Below, piece after piece: positions 9,135 to 16,170 of a DNA stretch of 16,170 bases (its first letter is position 1; every line of letters starts with the position of its first letter). The stretch lies in NCBI GenBank assembly GCA_000388065.2, contig KB932208.1, one strand, 5' to 3'. The stretch is from Fonticula alba ATCC 38817 (taxonomy: Eukaryota > Protista > Nucleariida). Position numbers and translations under genes: made by a program. Below the pieces are notes generated by a model that saw nothing but the letters and a program-made list of their open reading frames with translations, made no database searches and was not told the origin of the DNA.

Positions 9135-10269
9135 ATGTCCCCGCCGCCGGCTGTCGCCGCCGGTGCCCCTGCCGCCCCCGAGGAGGAGCTCGAGGACCCT
9201 GCTCTCGGCATTGAGCTCTCCCTTTCGCCAGATGCCTGGGACGATACACCCCTGATCAAGGCCTGGGACAGTGCCATTCAGTCCTTCCGGGTGCGTGGGC
9301 CCTCATGCTCCTTGCCGGCAGCCGCTCGCCTGTGCCTGCCCCTTTCTGACACTCCAACAACCGGCCCCCCCCCCCCCCCTCTCCCCTTCCCCTCCCTCGC
9401 CACCGGCCGCCGGCCCGGGTGCACAGGCCTTCCATGGTCGGCCGTCGGCAGCGCACCCGCGTGCCCGTCGTGCCCCGCCATCCGCCCAATCGACGGCCCG
9501 CGTGTCGGCCCGGGGCGGCGCCGGCGCCGGCGCCGGCGCCCTTCCCATTCCCTCCCAGGATGCCTTGGGGTCCGAGTCGGAGGCCGATGCGAGTGCAGAT
9601 GATGAAGGTGCAGACACATGCGTGGTTGCGGATGCCGATGCCGAGATAGACGAGGAGGCGCAGGAGGCGCAGGAGGAGGATGCCGAGGTCGGCGCCAAGG
9701 CCGATGTCTCCCCGGAGGCCGAGCGTGAAGCTGTGCCAGCCGACTCGCCCGCAGTGACCGAGGAGGCGATGACCGCCTCCCCGGGCCGGGCTGACCCCCG
9801 GGCGGCGGAGGCCTCCTACGCGGCATGGCAGTGGTACAATCACCAATCGGCCGGCATGGCTGACACCGGGGCTGCCGGGGCAGCCCCATGGCAGTGGCAG
9901 CCCCCGGGCGCCATGGGAGGTGAGTCTGGCTGGCCGGTGTCCGGCCCGGGCTGGCCGTCATCCGGCCCGGCGTGGGCGCCAGGTGTTGCTGCCGATGCCA
10001 GCCAGACGCCCGCCGGGCCGGCCGATCAGCTGGTCGACTCGGTGCTCGGTTCGGATGCCGATATCCAGGCAAACCTGTCGATGGCCTGGTACTATGCCGG
10101 GTACTATGCCGCCATGGCCAATGCGTCGCGCCTGTTCCGGCAACACCTATCCGCCAAGCGCCCGGCCCCTGTGACCGAGCCCTCCGGGCCATCGCCGGCG
10201 CCGGGACCAGAGCCAGCGCCAGCGCCAGCCCCATCCCCTCCCGCCGGCGTCAAGCGCCGTCGCCAATAA
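9135..10269 (+). CDS. SMN: Survival motor neuron (SMN) protein, Tudor-less, about 288 aa
   Basis: Exons 9135-9290 and 9559-10269, intron GTGCGT...CCCAG, phase 0. N-terminal DAWDDTPLIKAWDSAIQSFR matches the SMN Gemin2-binding motif (WDDTALIKAYD). C-terminal NLSMAWYYAGYYAAM matches the YG box (fission yeast WYYAGYYTG). Confidence 0.88.
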
Positions 10270-10270
10270 A
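10265..10270 (+). promoter_or_regulatory. Candidate polyadenylation signal AATAAA overlapping the SMN stop codon
   Basis: Sequence CAA TAA A; the TAA stop at 10267-10269 lies within AATAAA. Confidence 0.45.
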
Positions 10271-10340
10271 CCCACCTGCCCTGCCTTTGCTCCCCCACGC
10301 TGAAAGTAAGTCGAGCCGCGGCCCAGACAAGTGGGCAGCT

Positions 10341-11912
10341 CTATTCTTCATGATGATGATGATGATGATGATGTTGATGACGGCCATGACCGTTGTCCGG
10401 GTGGCCAGCGGTCCCGGGAGGATCGCCCTCGGTGAGTGAGGCCTGTGCCCGCAGGGCAGCCGCCACGGCATCTGACGCAGTGGCATGGTCGAGATCGGTG
10501 ATGCCATACTCAGCTGGAAGCGATGTCAGAAGATGCTGCATCCGAGAAGGAGAGCCAGGGGGGAGGGGGGGAGGGGGTCAGACCGAGGGGCAGGAGGCCG
10601 GGAGGCATGCAAATGTCGGGGAAAGGACGGGCAGCCGATGCACCAGCACGCACCAGCAAAATCAGGGCCTCCTCGCGGTCGAGCCATTCGGCCGAGGGGG
10701 AGCCCGGCCCGGGGGCCGGTGTGCCGGCTGCCGGACGCCGCCGGCCCGCCGGCCCGGTGGCCGGCCGGTCGCCGACGACAATCGGCTGGTGGCTGATCAG
10801 CGAGTAGCACACGCGTTCCAAGTCCACCAGGCGGTCCTCGCAGCGCTTGATCCGCTGGAAGAGCGAGTGGTTGAGCGGCGGGCTGCGTGCTTGCAGGCGG
10901 AAGAGGTGCTCCTCGACCAGGCGCAGGCGCTCGGCCGCGGTGATCTGCGCCTGCATGATGTACTCCGGCAGGGGCCCGATGGTGGGGGCGGCGTCCGCGC
11001 CCGGGGTGCCGCGGCCCTGCGCCAGGGCCAGGAGCGCGGCGCTGCCGGCCGCGCGCGGGGCCGCCAGCAGCCGCGAGCCCCATGGCTCCACGATGCCGGT
11101 GGACCCGACCACCCCGGCCGCCCGGGCGGCCAGCACGCTGTTCGGGTCCGAGGCGTCCGGGCCGGCGGCCAGGGTCGGGGCCCCGGGCCCGGGCCGGCCG
11201 GCCGGCCCGGCCCCCTTCTCCGCCGACAGCAATGTCTGCAGGTGCGGATGGTCGGCCAGCATGCTGGTGCCGATGCGCACGCGCCGGGGCGGCCGCACGC
11301 GCGCACATGTCCGGCTGCAGTCCATGCTGCCGGAGGAGCTGGCCGACCCGCCGCCCGGGGAGCCCGGCCCATGCCCCTCGCCGGGCGAGGGCTGGGTAAA
11401 TTCCGTGGCGTTGCCGTGCGTGGCGCTGCGCTTGTGCGCATCGACCAAGTCGTCCAGGCGCCGTTCCGGGGCCAGGGGGTCGGCGAACAGGGCCGCCAGG
11501 CTGCTGGACACCGAGGCCCCGGCCGAGCCGATGTCGAAGTCCAAGCGCAGGCGCTTGGCCAGGGCCGGCGCCCCGGAGGAAAGGGTGGCCCCGGCCGGCC
11601 GGGGGAGGGTGTCCTCCGGCTGCCGCGCCAGACCCCGGAAGGCCGGCCAATCGGTGGCCGGCGCCTCGGCCAGCTGCTCCAAAAGCCCCGGGGCCACGCC
11701 GGCCAGGCGCCCGAGAAGCAGCGACACATTGCTGATGAGCTCCACGGTGGCGTCGTGCTGCCGATGGAAGTGCTGGGTCCGGGCGTATGTCGCCACGCCG
11801 AAGAGGTCCAGCTGGATGACGCGGCGCGACGAGCGGGGCGGGGCGGGGCGGGGAAAGGGCCGACACATCAGTATGGGTGCAAAAGGGGAGCCGGGGAATG
11901 GAGGGGGGCGAT

Positions 11913-11947
<35 letters not shown>

Positions 11948-12047
11948 CAGTGGAGGGGCGGGCTGGCGCCGAGTGCCGCACCTTGGCGCAGTAGCCGTCT
12001 ACGATCGACTGGACGGCCTCCACAAGGAGGAGGACCGAGTCGGCCAT
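10341..12047 (-). CDS. MBIP: MBIP-like protein (MAP3K12-binding inhibitory protein family; ATAC complex subunit in animals), about 472 aa
   Basis: Exons 12047-11982, 11811-10654, 10535-10341 (TAG), all phase 0 with GT-AG introns. Motifs ERRLDDLVDAHKR..GNATEF, DCSRTCA and ERLRLVEEHL..PLNHSLFQRIKRCEDRLVDLE resemble remembered MBIP motifs (DRRISAFIERK..NNVREF, SCART, ERLQNIEAHL..PVPRDIYQRIKKLEDKILELE) in the same order. Confidence 0.72.
10350..10373 (-). repeat. (CAT)8 coding repeat, poly-histidine tract of the MBIP-like protein
   Basis: (ATG)8 on the + strand, two codons before the TAG stop. Confidence 0.9.
11914..11945 (+). repeat. (CGG)n / (CCG)n trinucleotide repeat in MBIP intron 1
   Basis: About 10 CGG units between the donor at 11981 and the acceptor at 11812. 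Confidence 0.9.
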
Positions 12048-12580
12048 GGTGCCAGCCGGGCCGGCGGGCTGCTGGTCCGCTTCGTGGCGCAGCCGCTTGG
12101 GGCCCGGGCCGTCGGCCGGGCCGCGGTGGATCGTACGCCGTGCGGCGCGCAGCTGGTCCGGCAGCCTGGCGCGCGTGGCGCCGGCGATGCGCTCTTGCGG
12201 CGGGGCCATCTGCATGTGTCGATGCCCTGCGGGAGAGGCGATGGAAGCGGGATGCCCAGCGGGGAGGAGGAGGGGCCAAGGGCGAGACCGGGGGCGATGG
12301 GGAGAAGGACACAGGGCGGGGAGCGGGAGGGGGGAGGCGCACATAGCCCCGGGCCGAGGGGGGGGATCGGCCGGTCCGGGCCGGCGGCGGAAAAAGGGCA
12401 GATCGGAGATCGGGCGCGCGCGTCGAGGCCGCATCACATGACTCCCGGCGCCGGGGGCAGACAGGGCACGAGTGGCCGTGCGCCCCGGGCCCGGCGTAAA
12501 ACACGCCCGCGGCGGATCGCCCCCGGGCCCGGGGCCGGGCGCCCCCGGGCGGCCCGCGCGCCTGGCGGCGTGCCGGCCCC

Positions 12581-12620
12581 GCTCTCTCTCTCTCTCTCTC
12601 TCTCTCTCGTTCTCTCTCTC
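12581..12620 (+). repeat. (CT)n microsatellite in the MBIP-PAN2 intergenic / 5' region
   Basis: CT run with one short interruption. Confidence 0.9.
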
Positions 12621-12731
12621 GCATGCGCTCTGCGCCTGCCCGAGAGCGGCCGGCCTGCGGGGCACGAATGCCAGAAATGCCCGGGCCGGGGGGCAAATAC
12701 AATTCGCCAGCCGGCGCCCCCCCCCCCCCCC

Positions 12732-13184
12732 NNNNNNNNNNNNNNNNNNNNNNNNNNNNNNNNNNNNNNNNNNNNNNNNNNNNNNNNNNNNNNNNNNNNN
12801 NNNNNNNNNNNNNNNNNNNNNNNNNNNNNNNNNNNNNNNNNNNNNNNNNNNNNNNNNNNNNNNNNNNNNNNNNNNNNNNNNNNNNNNNNNNNNNNNNNNN
12901 NNNNNNNNNNNNNNNNNNNNNNNNNNNNNNNNNNNNNNNNNNNNNNNNNNNNNNNNNNNNNNNNNNNNNNNNNNNNNNNNNNNNNNNNNNNNNNNNNNNN
13001 NNNNNNNNNNNNNNNNNNNNNNNNNNNNNNNNNNNNNNNNNNNNNNNNNNNNNNNNNNNNNNNNNNNNNNNNNNNNNNNNNNNNNNNNNNNNNNNNNNNN
13101 NNNNNNNNNNNNNNNNNNNNNNNNNNNNNNNNNNNNNNNNNNNNNNNNNNNNNNNNNNNNNNNNNNNNNNNNNNNNNNNNNNNN
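12732..13184. other. Assembly gap (N run) upstream of PAN2
   Basis: N run flanked by poly-C; may hide PAN2 5' exons. Confidence 0.98.
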
Positions 13185-13232
13185 CCCCCCTGCCCACCTC
13201 GCCCATCAACCGGAGAGGCCGTGCTGCGTGAC

Positions 13233-15433
13233 ATGATTCCCGGCCTGGGCTACAACCCGGTAGTGCCTGGCTATGCTTCGTCCAACTACCCCCTGGGATC
13301 CCTGGCATCCCCGTCGTCCGGGTCCGGGAGCTGGGCCGCGCGGCAGCCCGTGACGGTGGCCCGGCCGGCGCGCGAGGCCGGATCGGTCACCGCCCTGGCG
13401 CTGGACACCCATGCCGAGCAACTGATCGCCGGGACCAGCTGCGGCCGGGTGCTGCACTACTCGGTGGACACGTCGCAGGGCGGCGCGGCCGGGGCGGCCG
13501 GGCGCGACACCGAGCCCCCGAAGCCGAGCGCCTTCTCCGGGTCGCTGGAGTCCGGCGATGACAGCCTGGTGCTCCTGTCGTCGGTCCTGTCGCACCCGTC
13601 CCCCGTGCGGAAGATCCTTTGCGGCTACCAGATGAGCATCTCGCTGAGCGACTACTGGGTGGTGTGCGCCTCGATCAGTGGGACCCCCGTGTGGCGGGTG
13701 TCCTCGGCGCGGCTGGTGGCCGAAGCGTCGCGGCTGCTTGGCCAGCCGGCCCCCGCCACGCCGTCCATCCTGACGGCCGGCTTCCTGGCCTACGATGCCC
13801 TTTGGGTGTCGACCTCCTGCGGTCTGCTCATCCGCGTGGGGCTGATGGCGGCGTTTGTGGCCACGGCCGGGCGCCTGCGTGCGCAGTACCACCGGCGAAG
13901 CCTGCTGACCGGGATCCCGCTGGACCGGGCGGCCGGCCGGGGCCACGCCGGGGCCGGTGCGGTGGCCCCGCCGGCCGGGGGTGCCCTGCCGGCCGGTGGC
14001 GGCCCCGCTTCGGGCGGGCCCCGGCCGGAGGGTCTCTCCCCGGCCGGGCCGGCCTCCCAGCAGAAGCCCACCGGCTCGCGGCGATCCCGCCGGTCGCGGT
14101 CCAAGCGCAACCAGCTGGCCAATCTGGCCGACGCCGGGGACGGTGCCCCCGGGGGCGAGGGCGCCGCGGCCGGGGCCGCCGGCCGCACCCCGCTCGATGA
14201 GCGCCTGGCCTTCTTCCGCGGGTCGGACTTCCTGGATGGGACGGCCGTCCTGCCGGAGGTGGCCGGCGATGCCGAGGACCCGGAGCATGTGCTCCTGTCG
14301 CCGGCCGCCCTGGTGGACCGGCTGCCGGGCGGCACCGATGACACCGGCGCCGCCATGGGCCCCCACTCCGGGCCCTTCGTCACGCAGGCGCTCTCCTGGC
14401 TGGAGCTGCTCCAGACGTCGGTGGCCGCGGCGCATGCGACTGCCGAGGCGGAGGCCGCGGCGGCCGCTTCCTCGGCGGCGGCGGCGGCGGCGGCGGCGGC
14501 CGCTGCGGCGGCGGCCACGGCGGCGGCGGCGGCGGCGGCGGCAGCTGCTACTGCGGCGGCGGCGGCCGCTGCCGCCACCGCTGCCCCTGCCGCCACCGCT
14601 GCCTCCCCGCCTGCCGCCGGGTCTGCCTCGCCGGTGGACGTCGCTTCATCGGGCCCGGTGGACATCACGGCCGAGGCGGACGCTTGGCCGCTGCTCCAGA
14701 GCAGCAACAGTGCCACGGACCTGGCCCCGAGACCGGACTCGCCCTTCGCCGGGTTCCCCCAGCTGCCGCGGCTGGGTGACACGCCGGCCACCGGGGCCGG
14801 GGCTCCGGTGCCGTCGGTTTCCTTCGCCACGGCGGCGGCGAGCGCGCGGCGAGCGGCGGCCGCCGCCGCCGCCGCCACCAGCCCCCCGGACCAGGGCCCC
14901 AATCGCGCCGCGGTGTCCATGTCCTCGACGGTGAACTTCCCGCCATTGGGCTCGGCCGCGCCGGTGTCCGGTGGCAGTGGCGGCGCCGGGCCCGGTGCCG
15001 GCACCGGCCTCGGGGCGTCCGGAGGCGGTGGCCCTGCCACGTCGGCCGCGGCCGGCTCCGCCGGGCTGGCCATCGAGGCGGACCCCCCGTCGCCGGGGTT
15101 CGATCAATCGGCCCCGGCAAGCGCCGAGGCCGAGGCCGCCCCGCCGAACGAGCCGCCGGTCTTCATCGTGGAGCTCCGCGGCTCGCCCCGCCTCGGGCAT
15201 ACGACCTGCTTCGCCGGGCTTTCGGATGGCCGGGTGCTGGCCTTCGACCTGCGTCCGCCCTCCAGCTCGATCATCTTCTGCACGCGGCTCTTCGACGGGT
15301 CCATCCTGGACATGGACATCTTTGACCACATGCTGGTGGCTTGCGGCCTGTCGTACAAGTGCGTGTGCCGGTGTTTCCCTGCCTGGCCGGGGTCTTTCTT
15401 TGCTCGGCTGCCTCCCCTGCCTCCCTGTCTGTG

Positions 15434-15472
<39 letters not shown>

Positions 15473-15515
15473 TTCTCTCTCTCTCTTTCTCTCTCTCTCT
15501 TTCTCTCTCTCTCTT

Positions 15516-15546
<31 letters not shown>

Positions 15547-16090
15547 ATCTCTTCCTCTCCTTCCCACTCACGCCCTCTCTCTCTCCCTCTCCTTCCCACT
15601 CACGCCCTCTCTCTCTCCCTCTCCTTCCCACTCACGCCCNNNNNNNNNNNNNNNNNNNNNNNNNNNNNNCCTCTCCTTCCCACTCACGCCCTCTCTCTCT
15701 CCCTCTCCTTCCCACTCACGCCCTCTCTCTCTCCCTCTCCTTCCCACTCACGCCCCCTCTCCTCCCCACTCACGCCCTCTCTCGATCTGCGATGTCCCCC
15801 CCCTGCCGCCATTTAGCGCCTCCTACGGCCAGTGCATCCCGGACTACTTCATTCGGTCGGTGGACATCCGCATGGTGCGGAACTTCTCGCCCGCCTCCCT
15901 GACGCAGAGCCTCCTGTCGGAGGATCTGGCCGATGAGTATCTCTCGCCGAAGACCCCCTTCCTGCCGACCATGCCGGCTTTCGTCCGGTCGCACCCGGTC
16001 TTCCACTCGAACTCGGCCGTGGTCATGTCCTCCTCCGGGCTCTTCCAGGTCCTGGACTACAACACCACCTCGGCCAAGCTCATCCACCAG
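13233..16090 (+). CDS. PAN2: PAN2 poly(A) nuclease subunit, N-terminal WD40 region; 3'-partial, start codon uncertain
   Basis: Exons 13233(ATG; upstream N gap)-15358 and 15817-16090, next donor GTACGC at 16091. Motifs: SVTALALDTHAEQLIAGTSCGRV; CFAGLSDGRVLAFDLR..FDGSILDMDIFDHMLVACGLS; DYFIRSVDIRMVR; PAFVRSHP..VVMSSSGLFQ. These parallel PAN2 FFCGHTSGKVSLRDLR..FSGSLSDFDVHGNLLAACG, DRFLKVYDLRMMR and PAFLRFIP..IISQSGQCQ. The 15817-16090 exon is not in the ORF track because it has no start codon. Confidence 0.88.
14424..14604 (+). repeat. Coding (GCG/GCN)n repeat, poly-alanine tract in the PAN2 insertion
   Basis: Translation AAAHATAEAEAAAAASSAAAAAAAAAAAAAATAAAAAAAAAATAAAAAAAATAAPAATAA. Confidence 0.9.
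15435..15782 (+). repeat. Intronic (CT)n run followed by a 32-bp minisatellite TTCCCACTCACGCCCTCTCTCTCTCCCTCTCC, with N gap 15640-15669
   Basis: Units recur at 15561, 15593 and 15625 and again after the gap, with degenerate last copies; lies in intron 15359-15816. Confidence 0.92.
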
Positions 16091-16170
16091 GTACGCCGCC
16101 CGGCGTCCGCCCTGCCCCCGGCCCATTCGTGCCCTGCTGACTGGCCAACCTGTGTCCCCCCGCCCCTCCC

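Noticed and set aside
8121-9277. Several 150-376 aa ORFs between FKBP and SMN
   Set aside because: Gly/Pro/Arg low complexity from homopolymer runs, with no domain motifs or consistent exon structure.
9920-9925. GTGAGT donor inside SMN exon 2
   Set aside because: None of the nearby AGs I checked (10001, 10005, 10029) is in phase, and there is no pyrimidine tract before the YG box.
11877-15902. 1341-aa ORF
   Set aside because: Artefact of reading through the 453-N gap and an intron; only the part from about 13233 to 15358 is PAN2-like.

Overview
GC-rich, intron-containing eukaryotic genomic DNA, not prokaryotic: no operon, CRISPR array, rRNA, tRNA or mobile element could be supported. The style (GTGCGY donors, poly-C and microsatellite-filled introns, fungal/animal-like genes) suggests a unicellular opisthokont such as Fonticula; this is inference only. 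Five spliced genes alternate in orientation (+,-,+,-,+). (1) 5'-partial RUN-domain / Rubicon-homology (RH, DUF4206) protein of the PLEKHM1/Rubicon family, 155-4958. (2) Nucleoplasmin-like FKBP (Fpr3/Fpr4/FKBP53 type), 7918-5679, with one exon lost in an N gap and a one-base frameshift near the 3' end. (3) Tudor-less SMN with a degenerate YG box, 9135-10269. (4) MBIP-like protein (ATAC complex subunit family) ending in His8, 12047-10341. (5) 3'-partial PAN2 WD40 region with an insertion of about 450 aa, 13233 to beyond 16090. I found no clear multi-gene novel system. The best leads are the MBIP homolog, the Gly-to-Ala SMN YG box alongside splice donors that lack +4A, the PAN2 insertion and an unassigned domain next to a LIR motif in gene 1. 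Family assignments come from remembered motifs read by eye; no searches were run.
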